Source: Tetramitus jugosus
Taxonomy: Eukaryota > Protista > Heterolobosea
DNA length: 64,000 bases
Assembly: GCA_937625935.1 (NCBI GenBank)
Contig: OW569369.1
Coordinates: 372,001-436,000 of the forward strand
Direction: 5' to 3'
Shown here: piece after piece, positions 47,301 through 57,979 of the stretch
Position numbering within the stretch: the stretch's first letter is position 1
Layout of the letters: each line of letters begins with the position of its first letter
Program-made: the position numbers and the translations under genes
Notes under the pieces: model-generated
The model's database searches: none
What the model saw: only the letters and a program-made list of their open reading frames with translations
What the model was told of the DNA's origin: nothing

Positions 47301-50300
47301 ATGAGTGATCCAGTTGCTTCCACCATTGTAAAATCTGTTGCTCACATTCAAAAAAAAGAGTATCAACAAGCAGTATCACTCATCAACACACTGGTACCAC
47401 TGTCAGACAAGCCACAGCAGTCACATGCAGGCATCATGAACCAACTTGACTCACTAGTGACTCACGTACTCTGTTCCGATCAATTACCACTCATTGTGCG
47501 TGCGGTCGTAATACTGATGAACGTGTCAAAGGACGAAAAACATGTGCATCGCATTGGACAACTCACCATTCATCACGTTGTTCAACAAGTGATTAAAAAA
47601 CAGGTGGAGCCTCAAACGGTGGAATACTCTGTCATGTTGTTGAGAAATTTGATGAGAAGTGATGAGAATCGACTCTTGTTCGCATCGAATCAACAACTCA
47701 TGATTGACCTGGTGGACTCTCTCGTGCAATACGAATCGAAAAATAAGGCTGCTAAAAATTCGGTCGTCTCACATCGAAACATTACGGTGAATCTGTTGGG
47801 ATGCATCGGTTTGTTGGCATCGAATGAAATGGTGGCCGAACAGATTGTAAAGGTAAATGTGGATACGTTGTTGCCAACGTTGATGAATATTCTGAGGGAT
47901 TATGCATCGAATGCCAATGCTGCTGAAGTGGAAGGTTTGATTGTGTCGACACTGCAGTGCTTGCAATATTTGGCGTATTATTGTGATGAGAATGCAACAA
48001 GGATGCATCGTTTGGGATTGGAGAAGATTCTCGTGGCACATTATGTGACTCGTGGTGGCAATGTAGGTAAAGTGAGCAGTACTTTGAACTTGATTCTGTC
48101 TCAGAATGAAGACAATGTTCAAGATTTGGAGAATGAATCCAGTGGTGATGGTGCTGATGATCATGGTGCTGGCGGTGGAGAGGATTCATTGTCCATTTTG
48201 ATTGAACAGTTGAGAAATGATGAAGACGAAGATGCACAAGTGCGTGCCATTTCCAATCTGTGGTCTCTCGCTGCCAAGCAATCCAATCGTCAAGTGCTCA
48301 GAGATCGATCCGTGGCACAAGAATTGTTGCGCATTCTGCAAACGAGTTCCTTTGTGGAGAATATTCAAGAGGCGGTCGGTTGCCTGGCAACCATGTCTCA
48401 AGACGCCATTACAGCAACATTGGTTGCGAGACAGAATGGTGTGGCCATCATGGCACGTCTCATATCAGTCAAGGACGAATATCAGATTCAACTCTATGCC
48501 ATTTCAATCTTTGGTTTCATGTGTATTCTGACAGATGAGGCATTGGATGATGTGCGTCGTTACAATTTGCTAGAGCGATTGAAGCAGGCAATGAAGTCCT
48601 CGTTGGAGAAGCAAAGAGAGTTGAGTGGTATCGAGCAGAAGAATAAGAAGGTGAAGGAGGATTTGGAGACCATGAACGACATTATTACCTACTTGGTTCG
48701 TATCTTTGCTGCCATGTCGAGAGAGGATGATTTGTGCGAGGAGATGGAAGACTTGGGATTGCTCGATTTGCTGATTGATCTCATTTTGGATCAGCCTGAG
48801 AATGATGCAAGTCAGGAGATGAATGGTGAGGAGTTGGATGCTGAAACTGTGTTGGCCAATGCAAAGAAACAGAGAGAGCATGAAGAGAAGAGAAGCATCA
48901 AGATTGCTGCCTGTACCGCTTTGTGGAACATGGTGAACAATGAAAGAATGAAGATGAAGATTTATGCACGTGAGGGTGCTGTCGACGTCATGACAATGAT
49001 GTTGTCCGAGATTGATCTCGGCAACTCCAATTCGTTGTTAGCCAAGAGGAATGCTGGTTTGTCCGAAGCAGAATTAACAACATTGACAAACAATGCCAAC
49101 AAGAGCTTCGATATTGACATGAGCAATTTGGAAGCTCTGCAGAGAAGACTTGCTGTACAATCTGGTTTGGCCACAATGGCCGACGATGGTGAACTCGAGT
49201 TGGAGGAGTTGGAGCTCGAACCAGAAGAGTTGGAGCTAGAGGAAGCTGAGCTCGAAGCTGAAGAATTAGAGCTCGAACCAGAGGAGTTGGAGCTCGAACC
49301 AGAAGATTTAGAACCAGAGGAGTTGGAACCAGAGGAACTGGAATTGGAGGCAGAAGAGTTGGATCCAGTACTATTGCGTCAACAAAAGATAAGAGAGGAG
49401 GAAGAGAAACGTGAGAGAGAAGAGCGAAACAGAAGAAGAATCTTGCTCGAAAAGAAGAGAGAAGAAAAGGAAAAGAGACGTGAGGAAAGAAGACAGCAGA
49501 AGAGATTGGAGAGAGCCGAGAGAAAGAAGAGAGAGGCCGAGATGGCAGAGAAGGATGGAGAGAACAAGAAGAAGCGTAGTGCAAAGCGTATCATGATTGT
49601 GAAGGAGTTGCAAAAGACCGAAGAGAACTATGTGACTGCATTGGAGAAGATGAAGAAGGAGTTTATGGAGCCATTGCTCACCACAAAGAGAGGCGTTCTT
49701 CCACAGGATAAGATTAAGACAATCTTCTCTGATGTTGGTATCATTCATATGATCAATCGTGACTTCTTGAGAGAGTTGAACCTGTTGTTCGAGGATATGA
49801 GTGATTTGGAGAACAATATGGAGGCAAAGTTGGGCGATTTGTTCTTGAGAAGAGCTGCTACATTCAAGCTCTATTCCAACTATGTGAACAATTATGATTT
49901 GGCTGAAATGACAATGCATGAATGCTTGAGAAAATACAAGCCATTTGCACAGTTTTTGGAAGAAGTTTCTGACAGATTGTTGGAGGAGGGATTGAGACAA
50001 ACAGATTTGGCATCTCACTTGATTCTGCCTATTCAAAGACTTCCAAGATATTCTCTGCTGTTGGCTGATTTGATTAAGCATTCCGATGCTGATCCAAGTA
50101 GCTCTGGTTACGCTTTCATTCAGAATGCTCTGCTGGAAATCAATAGAATTACGAATGTGGTCAATGAGAACAAGCGTATTGAAGAATTCCGTGAGAGAGC
50201 GAATGAGATTGGTAAGCGTCTGGGTCTCAAGAGTTTGGAGAGAAGTAAGTCCTCTACATGGAAGAGAACTGAAGATAAGCTACCATTGTACTCGTATGAG

Positions 50301-50630
50301 AAGTTCAGACCAACTGCCACTCGATCCAAGAAGATGGAATGTACATTGCATTTGTTGAGCGACATACTCATTGTTCATAGGACTGATTCTCTGGTCAAGA
50401 AGATCGTATATGAGATTCCTTTGAGTGATCTCAAGTGTGACAAGAAGGTGGCTGATAAGGACAGAGAAGGTCTTTGTGCAACGATTGAAGATACTAGAGA
50501 GAATGCTACGCTCGAAGAGCCAAAGGTTGTGTTCGAGGTTGTGTTCCCGAACAGAACGCTGCGTGACGACATTGTACAACAAATTAGAAACACTCAGTTG
50601 AACTACAAAGCTGGTATCATCTCTGCTTAA
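47301..50630 (+). CDS. Armadillo-repeat + DH(RhoGEF)-PH protein
   Basis: ARM-like repeats (AISNLWSLA, ACTALWNM); DH motifs ELQKTEENYV, FKLYSNYVNNY, LILPIQRLPRYSLLL; PH-like tail. Confidence 0.88.
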   Translation: MSDPVASTIVKSVAHIQKKEYQQAVSLINTLVPLSDKPQQSHAGIMNQLDSLVTHVLCSDQLPLIVRAVVILMNVSKDEKHVHRIGQLTIHHVVQQVIKKQVEPQTVEYSVMLLRNLMRSDENRLLFASNQQLMIDLVDSLVQYESKNKAAKNSVVSHRNITVNLLGCIGLLASNEMVAEQIVKVNVDTLLPTLMNILRDYASNANAAEVEGLIVSTLQCLQYLAYYCDENATRMHRLGLEKILVAHYVTRGGNVGKVSSTLNLILSQNEDNVQDLENESSGDGADDHGAGGGEDSLSILIEQLRNDEDEDAQVRAISNLWSLAAKQSNRQVLRDRSVAQELLRILQTSSFVENIQEAVGCLATMSQDAITATLVARQNGVAIMARLISVKDEYQIQLYAISIFGFMCILTDEALDDVRRYNLLERLKQAMKSSLEKQRELSGIEQKNKKVKEDLETMNDIITYLVRIFAAMSREDDLCEEMEDLGLLDLLIDLILDQPENDASQEMNGEELDAETVLANAKKQREHEEKRSIKIAACTALWNMVNNERMKMKIYAREGAVDVMTMMLSEIDLGNSNSLLAKRNAGLSEAELTTLTNNANKSFDIDMSNLEALQRRLAVQSGLATMADDGELELEELELEPEELELEEAELEAEELELEPEELELEPEDLEPEELEPEELELEAEELDPVLLRQQKIREEEEKREREERNRRRILLEKKREEKEKRREERRQQKRLERAERKKREAEMAEKDGENKKKRSAKRIMIVKELQKTEENYVTALEKMKKEFMEPLLTTKRGVLPQDKIKTIFSDVGIIHMINRDFLRELNLLFEDMSDLENNMEAKLGDLFLRRAATFKLYSNYVNNYDLAEMTMHECLRKYKPFAQFLEEVSDRLLEEGLRQTDLASHLILPIQRLPRYSLLLADLIKHSDADPSSSGYAFIQNALLEINRITNVVNENKRIEEFRERANEIGKRLGLKSLERSKSSTWKRTEDKLPLYSYEKFRPTATRSKKMECTLHLLSDILIVHRTDSLVKKIVYEIPLSDLKCDKKVADKDREGLCATIEDTRENATLEEPKVVFEVVFPNRTLRDDIVQQIRNTQLNYKAGIISA
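49191..49367 (+). repeat. Coding acidic repeat (ELEPE/ELELE units) within the RhoGEF gene
   Basis: Degenerate gagctcgaaccagaagagttg-type units encoding ELELEPEELELE... Confidence 0.85.
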
Positions 50631-50796
50631 GGTCAAGGATAGTTCAAATAAAATATTTTGCCCCGCCTCTTTGTCCGTTACTAACTTTCCGCTAACTTCA
50701 CTACAGTAACGAGAGTTTGAAAAGTAGGTATATCTAAACCAAAGACAAAAGAAAAACAAACACCTCAAGAATCAAGTAGCTTCCCTCCTCAAAGCC

Positions 50797-52233
50797 ATGG
50801 ATAAATCTGTCAAACCTGGGAATGAAGTTCTAGAAGCCATTATCCAACTAACCAACCTCTTGGAGGAGAAGAAGCTCATCAAAATGAGCCAAACAAACAG
50901 TGGTGCCACTCCCTTTGTCCACTCCTTGAAGAGAAAGTTAAGTGAAAAAGAGCTCCAAAGCTTCCTACTTCACTACAAACCCCTAAACTGTAGCTCCGAC
51001 AAGGAGAGGGTTCAACTTTTCCAAAAGTTTGTCGGAGACATTGAGAGGTCGGAATTGGCTGGAAAAGAATTGATGCTCGACCAAGACAAAACCAAGAAGA
51101 AGAAGAAGAACAAGATGAAAAGCCTTGCACTCCAACCCCCTCTCCCAACGATTGTCGATACTCCAATCGTAACAGAGGCTGAAACTGCTCAGCAAGAAGT
51201 TAAGAGAATCGAGCTGTTAGTAAGCTCTATCCCTTCCAAAGAGGACAAAGAAGATTCTCAGGCTGAACCCTCCTCGGTGATGGACTTCCTTCGTCAATTG
51301 TCGAAGAAGATGCATGACGGCTTTTCTAAGGTAGATGAACGATTTGATAGGTTAGAAGTTAGGATGACTAATATGGAAGAAAAGATGACTAATATAGAGG
51401 AAAGGATGACTAGTATGGAAGAAAAGATGACTAATATAGAGAAAAGGATGACTAATATGGAAGAAAAGATGACGCGTATGGAGGAAAGGATGACAAATAT
51501 GGAGGAAAAGATGACTAACATGGAGGAAAGGATGACTCATGTGGAAGTAAGGCTGACTCGTTCTGAAGAGAGACTCACGGTGTTGGAAGATACAGTGGCA
51601 CAAGGTGTGAAGGATATAAAGAGCATTTTCAGAAGAGAGGATGATTCACCTTGGACAAGTTATCAGAGACAGATATCTTCGATCTATGAATATATGATCC
51701 AAGGTGAACTTTCTTCGGTGTTGAAGAAAACCTACAGTTGGATTGTGAAGGCTGGACTCAAACCTATCACCTTTTTTGCTGACCAGGAAGGTAACTATTA
51801 TGGCTTTGAAAAAGTTAAGCAACTTTTGGATAGCACCGACTATCCTAAAGTTGTCTGCAAATGGAACTTTGAGAACAAGTTGAGTACCAATCCGCCTAGT
51901 ATTCAGTTTAGTTTCTTCGTAACCCACGAGCAGGGTACAGGAATCATTGAAGCAACCCTTTCCGATCTCCTTCAAAATCGAAATGCTCTGGTAGGAAAGC
52001 TTCTACAGCTGGAAAGGCAGGCAGTGTTTGCTTGGGGCTTGACAGGAACAAAACCTCATTTTATCGGATTGGTGTCTCCTTCTTTCTCTGGAAATCCAGT
52101 GTATGACTTGGGTGTAGTCAAGAATGTCATAGAAAAGGAGAAATTGCAAAATGCCATCACTACTGTCTTATCATTTATTGATGACCAGAAATTCCACATA
52201 CTTAAGATCTCCACTCTCCCTGAGATTCTATGA
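50797..52233 (+). CDS. Orphan coiled-coil protein with heptad repeats and possible C-terminal PD-(D/E)XK-like domain
   Basis: Intact intronless 478-aa ORF; (MTNMEEK)n; C-terminal YE...IQFS...IIEAT...KLLQLERQ pattern. Confidence 0.7.
   Translation: MDKSVKPGNEVLEAIIQLTNLLEEKKLIKMSQTNSGATPFVHSLKRKLSEKELQSFLLHYKPLNCSSDKERVQLFQKFVGDIERSELAGKELMLDQDKTKKKKKNKMKSLALQPPLPTIVDTPIVTEAETAQQEVKRIELLVSSIPSKEDKEDSQAEPSSVMDFLRQLSKKMHDGFSKVDERFDRLEVRMTNMEEKMTNIEERMTSMEEKMTNIEKRMTNMEEKMTRMEERMTNMEEKMTNMEERMTHVEVRLTRSEERLTVLEDTVAQGVKDIKSIFRREDDSPWTSYQRQISSIYEYMIQGELSSVLKKTYSWIVKAGLKPITFFADQEGNYYGFEKVKQLLDSTDYPKVVCKWNFENKLSTNPPSIQFSFFVTHEQGTGIIEATLSDLLQNRNALVGKLLQLERQAVFAWGLTGTKPHFIGLVSPSFSGNPVYDLGVVKNVIEKEKLQNAITTVLSFIDDQKFHILKISTLPEIL
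51364..51594 (+). repeat. 21-bp coding minisatellite (~11 units) encoding heptads
   Basis: atgactaatatggaagaaaag / atgactaatatagaggaaagg alternating units, giving a 42-bp higher-order period. Confidence 0.95.
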
Positions 52234-52499
52234 GGAGAGCAACTAAACGCTCTCAATAATTACTGAGTTACCAATGCAGTTTCTTGAATAAAAATGTGAT
52301 CCAAATATCTTCCTGCGGTTTCTCACACTCCGGTGTTGATCAAATCATTGACGAATTTGGAGAGAACAAATCTACCTTCCATATGGAGGAGGACTGAACA
52401 TTGTATTCTTACACATATGATTGCTGTAATTGTTAACACTAGAGTTCATTTGTTTGGATGTGTACAATTTTTGTAATGGGCACCATAAGATTCATGTTC

Positions 52500-54778
52500 T
52501 TAGTCCATCTCAGAGAATGACAATTTCTTCCGTGCTTTGCTTGAGACCGCCAAGTGATGATTCAATGCGAATACTCGTGGTGTTGGTGCTAGTGATTGTT
52601 TTCTCTCACTTTGGAATTGTAGTGGCGATCTCTGAAGGGAAGACCTCTTTCCAACATTTGGTGTTCTCGATCCCTGTAAGTTCACAAAACTTGAACTCAT
52701 TCCGTTGTGGGGACCACCTACTACTTGAGGTGAAGGAGGTAACCTAAAGCTGCGTCTTTTTGTTATCACATCCTCCACAAGTGTTGCATCGGTCGGTATC
52801 GCATACTGATTGTTACTCAAGTAATCGATGCACTTCCTCTTTACTTGATCCATAATTGGTTCATTACCCTTCCGAACTACAATCTGAGATCCTATGTTCT
52901 GCATTTGAATCGTTGTATGAGCATTTTTGATAGCATTGAGCAATTCTTCGCATTGCTTAGCACCTTTGAATAATCGATGACATTGAGAAATTACGGCATC
53001 TTTAAGACGCTTATTAACCAGTTCACTAAGTTCATATTATCGAATTAGCATCACGAACCATACAGCCATTCATAAACAAATGTGAGTACATACTCTTTTA
53101 GAATCAATGACATTGTTTGGATACATCTGATCAATTTGTCCGGGTCTGAAGTAGGCTTCACAATATTGTACATGAGTGTGCAAGTGAGAGCATTGACTTC
53201 ACTTGGTTTCTGGTACGGAGACTTTGAGAAGCTAACAAAAGAGAATATAGAATCGAAGAACAATTCGGCATTATTCAGTGATGATGCGAATTGACGATCC
53301 ATATGTAACTTGGATGAAAGTATAATGTACTCGGGTACATCGACACAAACATTGGCACTGATCTTCAGAATCAACTTTTGCAGCTCAAGAACATGAATCG
53401 GTTCGAAGTAATAATTCATGGTCTGAGGCATCGAGTCAAAAGATCGAGAGAGTGTGGCTGGAAACTGTTCAAGTGTCTCTCTGTAGGAAGAGATTCCAAT
53501 CGAGTTCTTGATATAGAGTTGCAGAGTATTCGATCGACTCAAGTTCCAAAGCGTGTTCAACAAACTGAACATGATATGATAGTGTTGCTTAAAATGTCTA
53601 ATTGATGAATTGTCGCTGAGTTGAGTTGCACAAATCGATGGACTATTATCGTGCTTCGGCATGGACACTGAAAATCGCTCTCTATTGATGGAAGGGGAAG
53701 GAGACTGAAGAGAAGAACACTTGACTATGTTGTCATAGGTTTCAGTCATCGTTTGCAACATTTTGATCAGGACTGACACCGCTCTGCCAGTCTGGAACCA
53801 GCGATGGAAGTATCGTGCCTTTTCCGTATTGAACTTTTGCGAATCATTTTCACATGAAGTTACATCCTGGAACAACTTCATTATCTTGTATACAACTCCC
53901 ATATCGACTTTGTCGCAACTCAAAAGGTTGAGATATGAATCCAATAAGCCATTGTTGATTATGCCTGGCCATACAACCTTGGTATGTGCTGAAGAAGAGA
54001 ATAGTGAAGAAGTAGCGCCAATCAATCGTTTGAGAATGGCAACATCACAATACATGGCCAACATGCTATTGTTAATCAGCTGTGATTCATAGTTGACTCG
54101 ATCAGAAATCAATTGGAGTAGGATCTCACATCTCTCCGCCTTCAACTGAATTGGCTCGGCTCTGGAAACACATTTCTCAACAATCTGAAGGCATCTGATT
54201 AGCTCAATTGAATCAGAACAAGACTTCTCATAAATATTCGAGTTTACCGGTATATGAACTGGTTGGAACTCTACCAATGGAACAAGTGACTCCATCAATC
54301 CTTTCAAGCTAGCAATTCTATTGACCTCCAATCCTCCTGTCCCTCTATCACGTTTGTTGTTCTCAAACAATTGACGTTTCACGCGTTCATAATCATTTTT
54401 CAGTGATCGGTTGAGGTCAGCGAACAATTCCGAAATGAATACAGTAGCGTTTGCCTTGTCAGACCATGTAGCGAGATCTTGTGTCGCCAGCGCCTCAGAA
54501 TCATTACACATTAAGGTAAATTGGTTCATTTTCTGTGATGCACTCAGCTCGAAAGGTATGTTATTAGGCTTCCCCATTACATGACACAAGTGTTGTTTCT
54601 CCTCTAGATAATGATTTAGCTGATCTCTTAGTGCATTCCTCTCTGTCTCCAAGCTATCAATCTCGATTTCTAAGAGGCGCTTCTGCTCCTTCTGTTGATC
54701 ATTAAGATCAATCTTGATTTTCCTCGGGAGTTCTGTACTCTCATTGCTTGGTACTGTTAATTCTAATTCCTCGGTCAT
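52500..54778 (-). CDS. Hypothetical coiled-coil/ARM-like protein; exons 54778-53094, 53025-52500
   Basis: Two long ORFs joined in frame by a GTATGT...TAG intron (ILKDELVNKRLK). Confidence 0.7.
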
Positions 54779-54992
54779 TTGTTACTCTGTTGTTCATTCT
54801 GAAGAGCAGTTACACTCAAAAGAATTTGAGTTCAGAGAGATCTATGTTACCAGTTATAGCAACTCCCTGAACCGGAATATGCGGAGTATTAGATTCTCAG
54901 AACAACCGAGCGCCATACAATCGCAGGTATGAGTATACTTTCCAATAATCCATTTCTATTCACTTCATGCATAATTTTTACATGTTCACTCT

Positions 54993-55871
54993 TTATTGGC
55001 GCGCGCTGAAGTGATGATGTTGAACACTGCGCACAGACCATGAATTCTGAGTTGATTGTTGGTCTTGCTTCAGAGTGATAACAGCCCAGTTTCCTTCCCT
55101 GAGGGAACCAGCGTTGAGTACGGGAATATTTCCCAACATTGAACTGCCCTTACAGTCGTGTGTATGTCCATGAACATTCAATACAACTCTCTCTTGCAAC
55201 TCATCGCTGTCCACGTGACTCTGAATCGTAGAAGAACCAGATTGGATAACAAAATATGGTTTTGAGTCTTCTGCTCTATCATCTTCTTCCCGATAGAGTC
55301 TTCTCACATTGACTGTTCCAGAGGCACTTGGTCCCACATGAGTCATCAATAGAATTTGTTGCTCTTGTTTTAAGAGGGACTCACGGACAAAAGGCCCAAA
55401 CTCACGCGCAAACGCCTCTTCCGTCTCGAATGGATAGCCAGACCAAACTTGCTCATTACCTCTGCTTTCGTCAAAGAATGCAGGTACTGATCCTCCGAAT
55501 CCAGCAAGCACGAGTCCGTGGGTCAATGGTACTACTCTCTTGTGAATATTTGTACCACCAATTCGAATCGAATCCTCACTCTCCACATCAAATGTCGATA
55601 ATGGATCATGATTCCCTGGTATCCAAAACACCTTGTTCGAGATCTTGGTCAACTCCTTCACCATTTCTCCGATTTTTTCCACCGCACATCGAACGGACTC
55701 TGGATCGGTGTACTCTGGGCCCTTCAAATTACACATGTCACCTGCGAGCAAAACAACATCGATGGGATTCGATGATGACTCAATTTCATCACTCACTGTA
55801 CGAATATGATCCACAGCCAAATGAACATCAGAAACCAATAGGATACGCAGCAACAAATCTTGATTCGCCAT
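54993..55871 (-). CDS. Calcineurin-like metallophosphoesterase
   Basis: SDVH, AGD, PGNHD, TH, HGHTH motifs. Confidence 0.9.
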   Translation of the reverse strand: MANQDLLLRILLVSDVHLAVDHIRTVSDEIESSSNPIDVVLLAGDMCNLKGPEYTDPESVRCAVEKIGEMVKELTKISNKVFWIPGNHDPLSTFDVESEDSIRIGGTNIHKRVVPLTHGLVLAGFGGSVPAFFDESRGNEQVWSGYPFETEEAFAREFGPFVRESLLKQEQQILLMTHVGPSASGTVNVRRLYREEDDRAEDSKPYFVIQSGSSTIQSHVDSDELQERVVLNVHGHTHDCKGSSMLGNIPVLNAGSLREGNWAVITLKQDQQSTQNSWSVRSVQHHHFSARQ

Positions 55872-55990
55872 GGTTTGTAAAATGATGTGATTGGTTGTTT
55901 TCACTTTTTTTTGTGTTTGTTTTTTATGTTCGTTGTTTTGAACACGAGTCTGATCCACAGTGGAATCTGAGATGACAATGCTAGTTTTAT

Positions 55991-56851
55991 CTAACACTGT
56001 GGCTGTTGGACGGTGAGTCGTAATGGTTCAACATCTTCTTTGACATCATTATCAACAACAACAACAACAACAATACTCTCTTGTTGCTTGTAGGATAGAT
56101 AAGCGTTCCAACAAAGAGAAATACAATTGGCATAGAGCACGCGATACAGTGGAGGAACAAGGGTAAAGTTAAATATCTGACCGAGAGGCCACACCTTCAA
56201 ACCGTTGACGTAGGTGTCCCAGAAGCTAAAGCGAACTCTATCATAGGATCGTTCGTAGCACTGTTGGCTCAATTGAGCCACGTTTTGAGAAGACCATTGG
56301 AAGTGATTGTCCGTTAGCTTTTCTCTGATCATTGTAGCACTGGTCATTGCAACAAAGAAGAGCAAAATCGTTGCAGGCGAAATGGTTACTTGATCAATCG
56401 CAATACGAATGAGAGCATTGATGGGCATGTGTTGAACGAGCAAGTCAAATGGCCGCCTGCAAGTCACTGAAACTTTCAAAGCCGTGCTGCTCGCATTTGC
56501 TGTAGCGACTTTTCTGTTGAGCGCGAACCGTTGTTGCGCGGATAAAAGGCGCGAAGAAAACAAAAAGATTGGATTTCTGAATTTCCCCTTGAGGATTCTC
56601 TCTGCGACCATGACTCGATCCATGGTGGAATACCAACCGTGCAATATTGGGCCGAGAACCAACAAGCCATACCCTGTCATTTGCACAGTTCTCGATATTT
56701 GAAACGAAGACCAATCTTTTCGTTCTTCGATAAAGTATTGAGAAGCCGTATCACCAATGCCCAACAAAATACCTGCACTAATGGACCTTGTGATGGTAGG
56801 TGCCACCGTGAGTCTTCCAGTATACCAATTGATAAATCGAAGGAATACCAT
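55991..56851 (-). CDS. Mpv17/PMP22 (SYM1-like) membrane protein
   Basis: GD..SQ, HGWY, IDQ, VWP..QIFNFTLVP...RVLYAN..SLCWNAYLS. Confidence 0.9.
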   Translation of the reverse strand: MVFLRFINWYTGRLTVAPTITRSISAGILLGIGDTASQYFIEERKDWSSFQISRTVQMTGYGLLVLGPILHGWYSTMDRVMVAERILKGKFRNPIFLFSSRLLSAQQRFALNRKVATANASSTALKVSVTCRRPFDLLVQHMPINALIRIAIDQVTISPATILLFFVAMTSATMIREKLTDNHFQWSSQNVAQLSQQCYERSYDRVRFSFWDTYVNGLKVWPLGQIFNFTLVPPLYRVLYANCISLCWNAYLSYKQQESIVVVVVVDNDVKEDVEPLRLTVQQPQC

Positions 56852-57979
56852 AAATGGGTTGGTTCTCTCTCTATGTTAACTCGGAGCAAACACTTGGATG
56901 ATTTTTTGTTGTTGCGCAGATTTTTTTCGGGTGGAAAAGAGCGGAGGAACTCGATCGAGATTTTGCTGCGTGTCTTTCCTTCAATCAACGAAATGCTCGG
57001 GTTAGAGTCGCATGATGGTTGAAGACAAGCTTCATGTTGATATCAACCAGCCCTGATAAAGTGCGTACGTGCGTGGAACTCTTCAACAGCAGTTGCGTGA
57101 CATTTCGAGCTGTCGGAGAACAAATTGAAACAATAATTCTCATAAACAGACAACACTGACAGTCAAGGAACATAAATGTTAACTTTGGAGCTGCGCGGAG
57201 GGTACCAAGCACCACTGTAAACACGCTCGCATGGATACCGTCCAACTACGCCCGGCGCAAAGAAGAGGTCAAAGTTTATTGTGCCATTCGAAAAGTAACC
57301 ATCTGTAGCTTGAAGCCGAGGACTGTAGTTTGCCACGGACTGTACGGTAATTTTTTTGCCTTCATTGAGTGAGGTGTGATGTTGTTGACACTTTTGGGAA
57401 TGCCAGATTTATTCGGGGCTCGGAATAAATTCGGAGAAAACAGCGATTTCCTCCATATCGAACGACAAGTGACGTATTCGGGAAAAAAAGAAGCTCGAAA
57501 TCCAAAGACAGTAGTGCAGTATTTGGAGGCGGGTGAATAGCAACGTCAAAAGCGGAATGGGAATTATCTGAGCCGACATTTCGAGAAATTCAAATTTGTC
57601 CTCTCCAAGTCAGGGGTGGTTGCTTGATCCTTTTTAAGGGATAACTTGTCCACAGTACGTCGTTCGATAACTCTGCGCTCGATGCAAAGTTTGTTGCTCC
57701 AACAAGATTGATTGAAATCTGTCTAGCGTTAAACCCCTTCTGGACGACCCGAGAGTCCAAAGATCGTCGTTGGCAAAACACAATAACAAGAGAGTCAACA
57801 ACACATTCCCACCACCCACCACCACTATCCCAACATCAATAACCAAACCAACCCACGACAGAGAGAAGATCCACACTTTCTTCTTTCATTGCCTCCTTTC
57901 TAATTCACTCAGAAACAAAACACAAGTTGTTTGACAAAATTATTCCTTCTCTCAGAGACATAACCACCCCGTATTAATA

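Noticed and set aside
51364-51594. CRISPR-like array
   Set aside because: Tandem 21-bp in-frame coding units with no unique spacers.
57300-57350. tRNA-Tyr-like GAGGACTGTAG
   Set aside because: No acceptor stem, T-arm (GTTCGA) or cloverleaf around it.
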